Positions 37,878 through 51,886 of a stretch of DNA of 64,000 nucleotides are shown piece by piece; the stretch's first letter is position 1; every line of letters begins with the position of its first letter. Position numbers and translations under genes: made by a program. Below the pieces are notes generated by a model, which was not told the DNA's origin, made no database searches, and was given only the letters and a program-made list of their open reading frames with translations. The stretch is from Camelus ferus (taxonomy: Eukaryota), in contig NC_045701.1 of NCBI RefSeq assembly GCF_009834535.1, positions 29,636,001 through 29,700,000 on the forward strand, given 5' to 3'.

Positions 37878-40800
37878 TGACTCTACTGAATATTTGTCCT
37901 CAAAGAAAACCTGGTACAGATATACAAAGTAGTAGAGCAAAAATGTCTTTAGAAATTACTCCAAACTAAAACATTACTCAATCATAATGCCTAGAAAAAT
38001 CTGTTATACAGTAGGAATTAAATATTTGCTGAATAAACAAATTAATAAATAAAATAAAATTTCTCATTATGTGACAAATAGATGTGAATGTTACGTTTGC
38101 TCTTAGCAAAACCCATAAAAAGGATATTGAAACCGTATCGTGTCAAAAAGAGAACATTTATTAAATACTAATATTTGAGTGAATTTGTTAACATCACACT
38201 AGAGAAAGTTTCTCTAAAGTCTTATTCCTCCATTAATCTCACACTAACATAGTCTGTAGTTAATGTTAAATACTCAATACATAGTAGTTTAAAAAAAAGT
38301 TGAGCAAGTGATTCTATGCCCTCCATGATGTTTTTTTACCTAAACCGGACCTCTTGGGTTAGAAATAACACCTTCCTTTTTGTGTACCAATTGTCCATGT
38401 TACATGGCATCTACCATAAAAATTTAACTTTCATTGCATTTTTTTTTTTGTCAAGTGCCACTAATCAAGTCATCCCTTGAGGCTCATTTTTCTTATTCCC
38501 ACTAGATTATTGCACAATCTCTGACATTTAATACGTTCTCAAGGCAAACTCATTTTAATCAATTAATGATTTAATTATATGAGGAAGATTTAAAGATTTA
38601 AGGGGTATCAATTATGTCTTAACCATCTTCAGTTTTGATGTGGCAGTGAAATGGTCAATTAATATATTTAAGAGGACAGTAGTGGCATGGGATTAGGAGG
38701 GAGAAAACAGTAGAAGAAAGTTGCTTATAGCAAAAATTATACTTTGGAAATCAGGATAATTGCAGGTTACTTATAGAAATCCCAATTTATATATTGATAT
38801 CAGATGACCTTTTTTTTATTTTTTGGTCCCTGTACAATTTAAGTTATTCTAAACATGCGTGGTTATCAAAGCTACTTCTTCTGTACATATCAAAATTGTT
38901 CCTTATTTGTAGTAATTTTAGTATTATTTTCTCTTACTGCCAGTAGCAGAGATTCCATTGAAATAAACGTCATTTCAAGGAACATTTAGTGCCTAGGTTA
39001 TATTAGTCATTACGTTAGGTGATGGAGTAGGACGGATAAAATATAATCCCTGATTTTGAAAACATTAATGTTTAGGCATTTCTAGAGAAACACATGTTAA
39101 TACTATAATTTAAAAGACATCATTAGAGATTTTCTTTTCTTTTAATCTGTGGAAATATGGGATCATATTTCTGATATGAGCAGCTGTGGCCGGCAGCAGT
39201 CAGATAACCCGAGTGTGCGTGGAATCCTAGGAATCCTATGCAAAGCAGCAGAGTTAGAAGTGGCCAAATGAGCATTAAGGAAAGCAGCTGTCGTTGCTGT
39301 ATGAATAGATGCTAGTGCTCCTTAATAACCGAGAGCAGTGGCAGATTTAGCTAAAGAATTTATTTTACAGGCTGGAGTGGAGGATTTTTGAAGTCATGGA
39401 AACTCTAAAACAGTTTTGAGAAAAAAGTTCATGACAAGAGAAGCAGTAAAAGTGATCAAAGAGCATTATTAAGAATGTTTCATCGGGACGGTTGGCATAA
39501 AAAGAGTAGAAGGAAGCGTGGAAATATGCAGCCTATGGGAGTCAATGCGAGGCAACCTTATGGGGCTCCAGAAGGACTGTGGGCGAGTGTTTTAGTCTGA
39601 TGTGCGTCAGACCCCTTCCCCAAGTAGTCTGGGCTATATAAACATTTTTATTCTACTTTCGATTTTGTGGGTTAATGTATGTGAAGAAATTCGCTACAGC
39701 TTCTACCAAACAGGCAGGGAACTACTAAAGCCCCCTTCAGGGTCAAAGGTGACATTGTTTGTGTCCCTCTGAGACTGCCTATGGTCTGTGCCTGCCCCAG
39801 CCCCAGCCGCCCTGCCACGGCAGCTTTGGGTGCAGGACTCCCCAAGGACTGCCCCCAACCCAGCCTGCTCCAGCTTCAGAAGAGGCTCACCCACACTGTG
39901 GCTTGAAATCTGCTTTACTCAAAGTTCACCAGTTTAAATGTCAATCTCGTTCAAAAACACTCTCCATGTTGACACATAAAATTAATCATTACGTTTAATA
40001 AATCCTTCCCTACCTCCAAATCAAGTATTAAATTCCGTTGGTTGTCTCATGCTTCTCTGTAGCTCTTGGCTTTACATAATGTATCTGCACCCACATAATG
40101 ACTGCATTTCAGAGACAAATGACAGTGATGTATGTAGCCTACTTCTACAATCTTTCTTTAGCAATTACGATCTCTGTGTTTTAAACAAAGAAACAGAAAC
40201 TTAGAAAAGTTTTGTTATTTCTTTTAGTGAACCACAATTAGCTAATGCCATTGTAGAACTTGAATCTTTTTACTGCACTCAGATGCTGTCTTGGCAGAAA
40301 AATTCCTTATAAATTTGATAGTGCTTTTATACCTAATATGAAATTCAATGTCATATGGATAGTTGCAAATGTGATTATCATTTATCAGAACATTCTAGGA
40401 TATTGTAACTGGCATACAACCATTAGCAGAATAAGTTTGAATTAACTTCAAATGACTTGGAGAAGTAAATGGGATAATAATTATAAATGATCTGCAAAGT
40501 AACCAGGTCATTATACATGACCATATGAATCTGATTTTGAGAAAGCAAATATTTTGATATATATAAATCTGATGCTCCTGGTAGGAGTAATAAGCCTTAT
40601 CCAAAGTATTATGCTAGATCAAAGTTACATAAAAAATAATGTGCAAGCTTGGCACATTTTCAACATATTTTTAGAATGTAACCTGTTAATTTGATTATTT
40701 AAAAGAAAAGCACACTTTATACTCTACTAACTGAATAATAATACATTATGATTCTGCTTGAATTATTAAAATAATTGCAATTATGTTAATATAATTTGAC

Positions 40801-41504
40801 AGATCTTTAAAATGTTTCTTCCATTGTCAGTAGGGCAAATGAACATGATTCATTACCAAAACTTTCCACTGGAAGATAGTTCATTCCCCAGCCTCTATTA
40901 TAGTAATTGGCCAAGAATGACCCATCTTTAAGGGATTCTTAATTTGACGGCAGAGAAGATATAAATATTTATATCTTAAACCTGAGGGAGACTCAAATCT
41001 GCAGTTCTCTAGCTTCTTACGGTGATACTTTTCCTGAATTATTTTTTAAGAGGCAGGAAAAAGAGATGGTTAGATCCTCTCTGGAATAAAAATATGTATG
41101 TTTTCCAAAGTTTCATTCAAGTATAGTAGATATGAAATACAAATTGAGGGATTTACAATGTCAGCGCTGAGCATTTTAACTTCAGGTTAGTAAAATTTCT
41201 TCGGTATGTTTAGTGAATATGTGTCTGAAAATACCAGTTGAATAGAGACTAATTTATTCTACTATCTTGCACATTAAATCATTGGAGTAAATTATATTAA
41301 CTTGTCAGCTAAAAATAAATTTTTTCATTATTGTATTTGTTTTTAAATAACATTTGTAGGTATACAAAGTCAACCTTAATTTTTTCCTGAGTACAAATAT
41401 AACGTTCATTTAATGATCTTTAAAAAGCCTTTGCAAATCATAAAAGTTTCTCTGAAATTAGAAACATATTTAAGTTTATTTTATTCTACTTCTTTTAGCA
41501 TCCA

Positions 41505-41665
41505 TTTTTAAAAGAGCTTATTGAGATATAATTTGCATACCACTTGCAAACCATTGACTTAAGCATTCACTTTAAGTGTTCAATTCAGTGGTTTTTAGAA
41601 TATGTACAGAGTTGTGCAGCCACCGCCAATATCTAATTTTGGAACATCTTTGATTCACTGACAAA
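41505..41665 (-). mobile_element. L1MB-type 3' terminus
   Basis: 'tattgagatataatttgcatacc...aagtgttcaattcagtggtttttagaatatgtacagagttgtgcagccacc'. Confidence 0.75.
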
Positions 41666-42704
41666 AAAAAAGTTTATTTATTTTTGTTTCCTGAGTTTTC
41701 CATTTGATTGTTTCAGTTTTCCACCCTCTTAATCTTTGTAAGACACTAAATTAAACAGTTACATTTTAGGTTTACGTGTGAAATTTTTAATGGCCATAAA
41801 AAGAAAGAATATCCATAAAAGTACAGTCATTAATATGTACACTAGGATGGATGTCTAGGTACTCTTGTGAAGAGTTCCTGAATTGTGATTTATACCTAGT
41901 CCGTCGACAAAGGCATTTAACTTCAGATTTATAATTCTAGTGTATTACCAAAAGTGTTGCAATTAAATCTTTTAGTACTCTGCATTTACAAAAGTTCAGG
42001 AGGAACAAAAAGAATTTTGAGTCCTTATTATCCTGACAAAAGTCTGTCGAGATGAGTGCTATTTGAATGGGTTAACACATACGTAATAACCATTAATTCC
42101 TCTAGATTTTAAAATTCTATTATTATATCCTATTCACATCATTAGAATATTTCAGATGTGAAATGTGTTAGTTTAGTTCTTTGTAAAAACCTTGCAAAAC
42201 TATCATTTCACATTATATTCTTCACTTTTATAAAAGGTCAACACAATAAAAGCTTATACAAAGGACAGTTCTACATCTTTTGTAAAATTTTTCATGAAGA
42301 ATTCTGTTCATTGCCTTTATAAAAAGGTTTATACAATGATTTTCTCTTAGTGAGGCGTGTAAGACACTAGCTTATTTCTCATTATACATTAATAATGGGC
42401 TCTGTACATCTCACCCTACTTCTCCTGGAGGCTCAGAGCTACACTTTTAAAGTCAAATGCTGAATACATCAGTCATTCATATATAATTGTGAAAACACTC
42501 CTCCTCCCCCCAATTATTCCAAAGGTTTTATTCTCTGGTCCTTGTTGAGAGGTCCTGAAAAATCTGTCACTGAAGGCTGTTCTAAAATCCTCTTGAAAGT
42601 AGTCAGCTTGTAACAATAAACTTGCAAGTGAATTAGATCTATGGCTTTTTAATCCCAAACCAAACTGATGGGAAAAAATGGCAAAAGCAGTAATAAATAT
42701 TGTG

Positions 42705-42868
42705 GAATCAGGGGAATTATATAAATGCTAGGTTAATTGATTTATTTTCCTTTATATCAGTTGGTTTCTATACTGAATTAAGTGAGGATGGGAAATTGTG
42801 TTGGTGTTATATAAATATGGTCTGAATTATTGAGTGTGTAAATGAGCAAATGACTAAGGAAGGTAAGT
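42705..42868 (+). promoter_or_regulatory. Candidate OR4K14 promoter and first exon
   Basis: O/E-like ATCAGGGGAA near 42707, TATATAAA at 42718-42725, homeodomain TAATTG at 42734-42739, and a consensus donor AAG|GTAAGT at 42862/42863. Confidence 0.45.
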
Positions 42869-44473
42869 TTACTAAAAATCAATGAGTTTTACACTTAAAA
42901 TGGGTGAATTTTATGGCAGGTATATTATATCTTAAAAAAGATTATATCTTAATAATTATATCATAATAAAAAATTATTTCTTAATTTAAAAAAGGGCTAA
43001 AGAAAGATTCCAAGCAGGCTTAACCTGGGAGAAACCCCAACTCTATTGTTCTTTAGGAAGCAATATCTTGAGCTGAAATTAATTGGAGAGTAAGGTATGA
43101 TTATTCTGAACCAGATCTTCCTTATCATTCAGTTAATCATAAGCATTCTAACAAATTATACTATAAGGATTTTTTTTCATTTTTTGAGAAAAAAAGTTTT
43201 TTCTTACTTTAAAATTATAAAAGTAAAAGTATATCCTCATTATAATTATAATACATAAAAAGCACAATTATAAAGAAGTACATTAATAATACACTACTCT
43301 CTGTCCCTGCTAACATGGTATCAGTCTACACTCTTTTCCCTCTCTTCTCCATATAAAGAATTTGTTGATTATATCCGTATATCCAGCCTTTTGAAATATT
43401 TTATAAGTGAACTCTGTCAGAGTTCTATTATCTCTAGATTTGATAATTATTCTTATCCATGATATGGATGAAGAGCAAGTTTGAGGAAAGGGTCCTGTGA
43501 CCTCAACTAGAGGCTGTTCTTGATGACACAAATTAATGCTTTACATTAACATTTTATGTAATTGTGTAATGATTTTGATCAAATTTTTCTCAAAGACATT
43601 GCCTGAAAATATGACAAATGTCATTCTATAACTCACATATAGCACAATAATATCACTCCCCCCAAATTACTAAACAATACATACAACTTGGGTTCACGAT
43701 CTTGCAGCTGTCCTATATTTATACATCATCCCAGATAGGTTTTACACCCAGATCATGCTTTTTAGCCTAGAGGAATCTTTTCCCTTTTAACTTTGCCATC
43801 TAGAGATGAAATTTATTTCTTCTCTTGGCTTCAAGAGTGAGACATGTTGCTTCGTGTTTACATACATAGATATAGTCAACCGCAAAATACTTTTGCCAGA
43901 TTTTGTTTTGTGTTTGTATGGGCAAATGGAAAGGGAGAAGAGAGACTTGATAATGTATATGCAGTTATCTTTATTTTACATGATGGAATTATTTTTAAAT
44001 TAGGATTTGATTTATTTGATTAGTTTTGATGCTTAAAACCAGTTACCCATTGGGCAAAAATATTGGCAGGTAGAGAGAAAATAATACCACTAAGAAAATC
44101 TTTATATTTTCAATTGTACTAAGGATTTTTGGTTCACATTCTGTACTTGACTAGTTCTATGTTTTTCCATGGGCAAAGTCTAGATAAGGCAGAAAAAAAT
44201 GTTCCTACAACTGTCATCTATTCTGAAGTCCCCTAGAATATCTAACTGCCCTTAAGGAAATACAAAAGTCTGAAAAAGGGAAATACGCATGTTGGTATGG
44301 ACTTGGTTTCAGCCTTACATGTGTTATGTTTTAGATTGTCTCTTACAACTTAAACATTATATTAAGATCACACTTAGCTGATCACTTTCATGTGCCTGGT
44401 AGATGACAGCCACTTTCACTTACATCTCTTTCCCTTCTATATAGATTCAGAACAAAATATGAAACCTGAGATA

Positions 44474-45406
44474 ATGTACCTGCAGAATTATTCCTTGGTG
44501 TCAGAATTTGTGTTGCATGGACTCTGCACTTCAAAACATCTCCAAATTTTTTTCTTTATATTCTTCTCTGGGATCTATGTGGCCACTGTGCTGGGTAATC
44601 TCATCATTGTGGTCACTGTAATTTCTGATCCCCACTTGCTCTCCTCCCCTATGTACTTCCTGCTGGGGAATCTCTCTTTCCTGGACATATGGTTTGCCTC
44701 ATTTGCCACCCCCAAGATGATCAGGGACTTCCTTAGTGATCGAAAGCTCATCTCATTTGGGGGCTGTATGGCTCAGATCTTCTTCTTGCACTTTGTTGGT
44801 GGTGCTGAGATGGTACTTCTGGTTTCCATGGCCTATGACAGATATGTGGCCATATGCAAACCATTGCATTACATGACTATGATGAACCGGCAGACTTGCA
44901 TCAGGCTGGTGTTGGTTTCCTGGGTAATTGGATTTGTACACTCCATCAGTCAAGTAGCCTTTACTGTAAATTTACCTTACTGCGGCCCCAATGAGGTGGA
45001 CAGCTTCTTCTGTGACCTTCCTCTCGTGATCAAGCTTGCCTGCATGGACACCTACGTCTTGGGTATACTTATGATCTCAGACAGTGGGTTGCTTTCCATG
45101 AGCTGTTTTCTGCTCCTCCTGATCTCCTACACTGCTATCCTCATCACTGTCCGACAGCACGCTCCTGGTGGGGCGTCCAAAGCACTCTTAACTTGCTCTG
45201 CACACATCATGGTAGTCACACTCTTCTTTGGGCCCTGCATTTTCATTTATGTGTGGCCTTTTAGTCGGTTCTCTGTGGACAAGCTCCTCTCTGTGTTTTA
45301 CACGATTTTTACTCCACTCCTGAACCCCCTTATCTACACATTGAGAAATAAGGAGATGAAAATATCTATGAAAAAACTGAGGAACCAATGTGTGACTTTT
45401 CACTGA
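44474..45406 (+). CDS. OR4K14: Olfactory receptor 4K14 ortholog, intact, 310 aa from ATG 44474
   Basis: QNYSLVSEFVLHGLCTS..., SSPMYFLLGNL, MAYDRYVAICKPLHY and ...VTFH match recalled human OR4K14. The upstream in-frame stretch (44390-44444) runs through a polypyrimidine tract and AG acceptor. Confidence 0.92.
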   Translation: MYLQNYSLVSEFVLHGLCTSKHLQIFFFIFFSGIYVATVLGNLIIVVTVISDPHLLSSPMYFLLGNLSFLDIWFASFATPKMIRDFLSDRKLISFGGCMAQIFFLHFVGGAEMVLLVSMAYDRYVAICKPLHYMTMMNRQTCIRLVLVSWVIGFVHSISQVAFTVNLPYCGPNEVDSFFCDLPLVIKLACMDTYVLGILMISDSGLLSMSCFLLLLISYTAILITVRQHAPGGASKALLTCSAHIMVVTLFFGPCIFIYVWPFSRFSVDKLLSVFYTIFTPLLNPLIYTLRNKEMKISMKKLRNQCVTFH

Positions 45407-46789
45407 ATTCCAGCTTTCCTGAGAGCTATATGTTCTTAGTCATTCAGTCATATCATTTCTTTAATAGATTCTACTCAAAACTTCATTCAGACATTGTATT
45501 GATAGAATTTGTATTGTGCTGTATTACAGAGAAACAGTTATCGATTTCAACAAAACTTATATGTAATTTTATGTATAATGCTTATATATAATACATACAC
45601 ATATTTTAAAGTACAGTTACTCACACCTCATACTATGTATATTTACTCAACCCCACACGTACACACATAACACTCTGGAATGAACTCTACAATTTTTTTT
45701 CTTTTTTTTAAAGCCAGATTTCTCTTAAGTTTATTTTGTCTAAAAACTGATTTAAAATGAAATTTTATTTCCTAATCATAGTCCAACACAGCAAGGGCTG
45801 TCAGTTCATAAGTATTGAAGACATGAGACATTTGGCACAGGGAAGCTATCTTGAAGGTAAATAAAGCCCTGTGAGTCTTTGTCCTGGTTTTGAAATCCTG
45901 AGATTTAAAAAACAAACAAACAAAAAACCCAAAAAAGCACTGTGATTTCAAGATCCTATTGATTTAAAAAGTCTTGTGACTGTGTATTATATTTAAACTC
46001 TTTATTTAAAAAAATGAATGCTTATCAGTGATATTCAATTACAGAAGTTAATTTTAACATGGGAAAATCAGTATTTTATAGCTACATATTTTATGGTATG
46101 CACATAAGCTATGGAGTTACCATTGAATATGCATTGGATTATTAAATTAATAACTTTTCACTTGCATTAGATTTTTAAATAAACACTGCATCTTACTGAG
46201 TTGATTCTGTCCCCTGAGGAGTCATCTATTAGGAGGTGTTTGTTGGGATACCATAGAGTCAGATCTCATGCCAAGTTTTGAAATTGATCCTAAAAGACAA
46301 TCATAAGCAAGAGTTAAATTTGATATTAACTAAATTAATGGTTAGAGAATTCAAGCAATTTTCTTGTAAGTTGATTCTGAGATATCAAACCAAAGGAGAA
46401 GATTGGGTAATAACTGAGTTACTTGAGTAACTGAATAAATTTCCAGTAATTTTGGATATTGTCTTCAATCAGGAGAAGCATGCTCCTGGGTACTTCTGAC
46501 TTCTCTTATGACTACAATCCTATAGATGTGCGTAAACACAGAGAGAACATAGAAGGAAAACAACTTCTGCTTTGAATAATTTTCCCTACAGTCACCTTGC
46601 TTGCTATTGTGATAATACTGTGTTTTGATTTTTATAGATTTTGGACATAGTTTTTATGATTATACTCATATATATGAACATTAAAAGTGCTTAAAAGAAA
46701 ATCAGTACCTGTCAGGATTAATTACCTTAGTTTTTATTGATGTAATGCTGATTTTTTTACTTTATGGATTTTGGACATAGCTATTTTTA

Positions 46790-47050
46790 ATCATCAAATA
46801 TATAACTAATACTATTTATGTATTTATTCTATTAATAAATATTTGTCAAGTACCTTTTATATTTCAGATTCCATGCACTGAGCTAGGAGTGAAGATACAG
46901 TGTTTAAAGACACACATTCTCAGTTTAGTGGAATAAAGTCAATTATACAATTAAAATATACTGTGAAATGAGTGCCGTGCTAGGAGAAAACATGATATAC
47001 TGAGAGCACATGAGAAGGAAACCTAATCCAGTTTTGATGTTTAGTAAAGA
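46790..47050 (-). mobile_element. LINE-2 3' fragment
   Basis: 'ttctattaataaatatttgtcaagtacc...gcactgagctaggagtgaagatacagtgtttaaagacac'. Confidence 0.55.
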
Positions 47051-47559
47051 CTTCCCTTATTATTTCAATTTTTCTCTTATTTCCTAAGATTCTGGTTTCT
47101 ATTCTTTTACTAAATACACATACACACACATACACATAGTGCATTTATTTTAGCATACAGCCTGTCATACAGTAAGTGCCCAAATATATGCTAGATCCCA
47201 TAAGATGTTTCTGACTTTTTAGAACTCTCCAATGACTCATGTCCCATCCCCAGTCTCTGCTCAGCATTCCATGTTGCTCTGGCCAGATCCATGAAGATGA
47301 ATATGGACCACTGTATTATCAGTCTAAGTGCAGACATCCCTGGGTTTAGATGTCTGAACGTAAGCATGGCTGCTTGATGTGTTAGTGAAACTTGAGTGAA
47401 AGGAATCACCAAGTCTGTCTTCTATGGGCTTTTGCAGGAAACTTGCCATTGTCAGTTCATAGGAAGTCATAGATTCCAAATAGAGGAACTTCCTGGAATT
47501 TTGAGGAAGAATTTATAAAACTCATTTTCCTACTTTGAAATAAGATTAACTACATAATA

Positions 47560-47751
47560 CAGTGTTTCTAAAAGTGTTATTTGAAGGCTACCTCTGATAA
47601 AATCACCTGGGATGATTTTAAAAGTGCATTTAATATGATTAAATCATGGCCTTACTGAATTTGAATTGTAGCTACCAATCCTAGAAATACGCTTTTTTAC
47701 TATAAGCTGCCGCAAGTAATTTTAGTTCACAATCACGATTGAGAACCATTG
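47560..47751 (+). mobile_element. MER5A-like hAT-Charlie element
   Basis: CAGTGTTTCTAAAAGTG...ATCACCTGGG...CTTACTGAAT...TTGAGAACCATTG. Confidence 0.7.
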
Positions 47752-48599
47752 AATAATTCTTGACATTATCAATCCTCAGGAGTAGTTGCTATTAAGGAAT
47801 GGTTGGAAGGATTTTCTTATGAGAGAAGTCTCAACTAATGGACTAGGAAATGTTCTCAGAAATATATCACTAGGATATATTAATCAAGAATTTATGACCT
47901 CAAAAAATGCATTGTTTTGATCAGAAGACCAAGTCACTGAGAACTTTCTGTGAAGTTGAAGACATCTTAAATATTCCTTCTTGTCTATAACTGCAATCAT
48001 TAATATCCAATGCTTCCTCTTCTGACACTCTATATCAATTTTAGTATGAATATTACAACAACATTTAAATCAAGTTATTCTAAGTAATCTTATAAATCAT
48101 TTCTAAATGTTAAATTCTCAAAGGAGACTCCCACATTCAAGGATTTCCATTTTAAGTAAAATTCCATTTCTATATATGGGGAAATTATTTTTTTCATTTC
48201 TATCTCTTCCTCCTTGATCTAAGATACACTTTGATAAAGAGAGGGTTATGGAGATTTCGGTAGAAAGAAAGATATCCCCAACCATTGGCTTTCCTGGCGT
48301 TGGCTTCTTCCATCAGGAGGGACTTGAGGATCTTGCCCAAGGAAGTGTCTCATGTCTGCTGCTCTAAGGGTCTATTCAACGAACACTTTACTTTACCCCT
48401 GGTTTCCAATATCTAGAATCTGACTTTCTGGGAATAAAATTCTTGTGTTATATAATATTGATATTACATCTGCTTTCAATGAAACATTAAATATGAAGGG
48501 TTCTCACTTCTCCCTGTATTAAGTCCAGACCATTTCCATTTATTGAAATCATGTCTATACTCTTCCTATCAAGGTATTTTGAAAATGAATTTGGAGATT

Positions 48600-48952
48600 G
48601 TAAAACAATTATTTCTCTATGCATCTCTCTTTTCTTTGATACTCTGTCTTGTAAAGTTAGCTGCCTTGGTCTCACCAGATTCCCAACCTCACCTCCTCAA
48701 CTGAGGATGTTTATCCAGCTCTCCCTGGATTTCCCTTCTTTGTGCTGCAGCCTGGAAACTCCCTCACAGCAAAAAGCTGGGAAGTTGTAGGACTCAGTTT
48801 TTTTTCCTGTCTCTCAGGGACCATCATTGTTCTTCACTGACTGATTTCCAGAGGTCTGAGAATTGTTATTTCATGTATTTTATATTTTTAAATTATTTCA
48901 GATAGAAAAGTAAATTCAGTTTTTGTTATTCCATCTTAAGCAGAAGCAGAAG
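48600..48952 (-). mobile_element. L1MC/MD-type 5' end fragment
   Basis: Reverse complement of 'cttctgcttaagatggaataac...ccctgagagacagg...gtttccaggctgcagc'. Confidence 0.65.
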
Positions 48953-49429
48953 GCACGGTCTGTGTAATTGATATAAAATTTCTTTTCCTAAAAATAAGAC
49001 TTGACAGGAGATAAAATGAGTTTAAGATTATAGAAATGCTGGTGACTGTGCTGGGTAAAAATGAGAGTTTCATTGTGACAAGTTTGAAAGGAGAGCAAGA
49101 AAACTCAAAGGTGAATTTACAATTTTGCTCAATTATAAACTGAAAGCATTGACTCTTAAATAGTAGAGAGTAGTTCTAATGCCAAATTCTGAGACATATC
49201 AGCAAAATAATTTCTATTCTGTCAAATGATATTTTGCAGGCATTAGTATAATAATATGTTTTCTTCATTAATTTAGTAATATAATATTGCACTGAAAAAT
49301 TTTGTAAATTTGAACTATCTTTGGATTAGAAAGGCTAAGATAAATTCCACTTGATTAAAGAACACTTAAATAGAATATTGGCTCGAGCTTTTAAAAGTGT
49401 TACCTTTTTTTGCATAAGTTACAGTTACT

Positions 49430-51410
49430 GAGATTGGTTTATAACTATCCCATTCTTTTTTCCATTTGGCATTAAATTTATAGTAGCCCTATAAAATAAG
49501 TTTGAGAAGTTTCTTTTCTGAAACACTTCTACATAGGGAGAGAAATATATTTTCTAGAAAATTTAGCAAGATCACCCATAAAGCTTTAACAGCCTGGTAC
49601 ATTGTAGGAGGGATAGTATTGCTACCAAAATTCTATTTCTTTTGGCTAATTTTTATTTTAATTTGTCCAGAAGCTTATTTTAATACTATTCAAATAAATA
49701 ATGTTTCATTTGTCATTTCTACCATTTACAGATAAACATTTTTATTGAAGAATTACATACATTCAAAGGACTGTACAAATAATAATTGCATAGCTCAACA
49801 AAATTTCACAAAATGGACACACCTATATAACAGGCATCCAGACTGAGAACATTACCTGTACATCAGAAGCTCCCTCACTCCCCCTTACATTCTCTACCCA
49901 CTAAGGGTAACTACAATCAGGGCTTTTAATGCATACATTATTTTTTTTCTTTCTTGAACTTATAGAAATGAGATTATACAGTATGTACTTGTGCCACAAT
50001 GACATCTCTAAATGACAGTTTGTGTCATCTGTAAATGACAATTTTGTCTCTTTGTTTCTAATTTTTATGGCTTTTAATTATTTTCCTTGTCTGAGTGCAG
50101 AGATAGGACCTCTAGCAAAATATTATATATAAATGGTAATATTGGGAATTCTTGACTCATTTCCTATCTCATGGGAAAAGCTTTCAAAAATTCACATAAA
50201 GTATGATGTTTTCAGTAGATCTTTATTGATATCCTCTTTAAGATTAAGGAATTCCTGCTAGTCTTAGTTTTCTGGGGAGTTTTATCTTGAGTAGGTGATG
50301 AATTTTATCCAATAAACTTTCTACAATTGGAATTGAATAACAACTATTTTTATTTTTATTTAATCTTTTGTTTTTGATGCTATTCCATGCATCATAGTTT
50401 TAATAATTTCCTTTTAATGGCATTTTTAATTTTTGCATTGCCAGTGTATAGAAATACAATGGACTTTAAAAAATGTCTCATTTCTCATGTTCATTTATCT
50501 GAGGTAAATGTCCAGGAATGCTATTTCTAGGACACATGGTAATTATGTCTTTAGTTTTTTTTTAAAAAACTGTCAAATTATTTTGCAGAGTTGTTGTACC
50601 ATTTTACATTTCCATCATAAGCTGTGAGAGATACAGTTTCTCTGCCTCCTCACCAGCATTTAGTACAATATAGTATTTGTCTTTCTCTGTCTAATTTCAC
50701 TTAGCATAATGCCCTCAAGGTCCATCCATGTTATTACAAATAGCAAGATTTTTTCTTTCTCATGAAAANNNNNNNNNNNNNNNNNNNNNNNNNNNNNNNN
50801 NNNNNNNNNNNNNNNNNNNNNNNNNNNNNNNNNNNNNNNNNNNNNNNNNNNNNNNNNNNNNNNNNNNNNNNNNNNNNNNNNNNNNNNNNNNNNNNNNNNN
50901 NNNNNNNNTCTGTTGACAGACCTTTAGGCTGTTTCCATATAATTCAGACTGTTTATTTTCTGCTCTTGAGTTGTATANNNNNNNNNNNNNNNNNNNNNNN
51001 NNNNNNNNNNNNNNNNNNNNNNNNNNNNNNNNNNNNNNNNNNNNNNNNNNNNNNNNNNNNNNNNNNNNNNNNNNNNNNNNNNNNNNNNNNNNNNNNNNNN
51101 NNNNNNNNNNNNNNNNNNNNNNNNNNNNNNNNNNNNNNNNNNNNNNNNNNNNNNNNTCCAAAAACTGATGCTAACATCAGTGTCAAGGAACTTTTTCCTT
51201 ATGTTTTCTTCTAGGATTCTTATGGATTCAGGTATTACATTTAAGTGTTTAATTCACTTTGAATTAATTTGTGTGAGTGGGTAAGACAGAGATCCAATAT
51301 TATTCTTCTGCATGTGGTTGTCCAGTTTTCCCAACACCATTTATTGAAGAGACTCTATTTTTCCCCACTGAGTATTCTTGACATCCTTCTCAAGTATTAC
51401 TTGACTCTAA
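49430..51410 (-). mobile_element. Nested L1 fragments (older plus one younger, N-masked copy at about 50670-51410)
   Basis: Continuous antisense L1 text, e.g. 'ttcacttagcataatgccctcaaggtccatccatgtt' and 'ttcccaacaccatttattgaagagact'. Confidence 0.75.
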
Positions 51411-51886
51411 TTCATCTAATTGATATCCCTTTAAATATATTGTGAGAGTAAGAAACACATATAAATTCCTTACTCAAATTATTACAGACATCTAGATAGA
51501 ATAAACCAAAGTTGAGAAGAAAATAAAACCTGTGGCAAAGTGGAGAAAAAAATTGGTGCAAATTTGGAAAGGGTAGTTTATACCACTAGGTGGTAGCAAA
51601 TTACATTGACAAAATGGATAGACTAAAATTTGATCAAGTGAGTGGATAGAATGGAAGAACACAATTGATAGAAAACAGATTTGCTTTAGAGGAGAAAAGG
51701 AAGCAGAAGACAGAACAATTTAGTGTGAACGGAGTTTTTCTGAGTTTAATGTAAAGCCATAAATAGAGTATTATGATTATGTTTGAAAGAAAACCAAGCG
51801 GCTGAGCTACCATCTTCTAACCCATTCATGAAAAAGTAATTATTTTAACCTCAGATTCTCTGCTTGCAAAAACTCACTTCAACTTC

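Noticed and set aside
44390-44444. 338-aa OR4K14 with a 28-aa N-terminal extension
   Set aside because: The extension reads through a polypyrimidine tract and AG acceptor and is most likely intronic.
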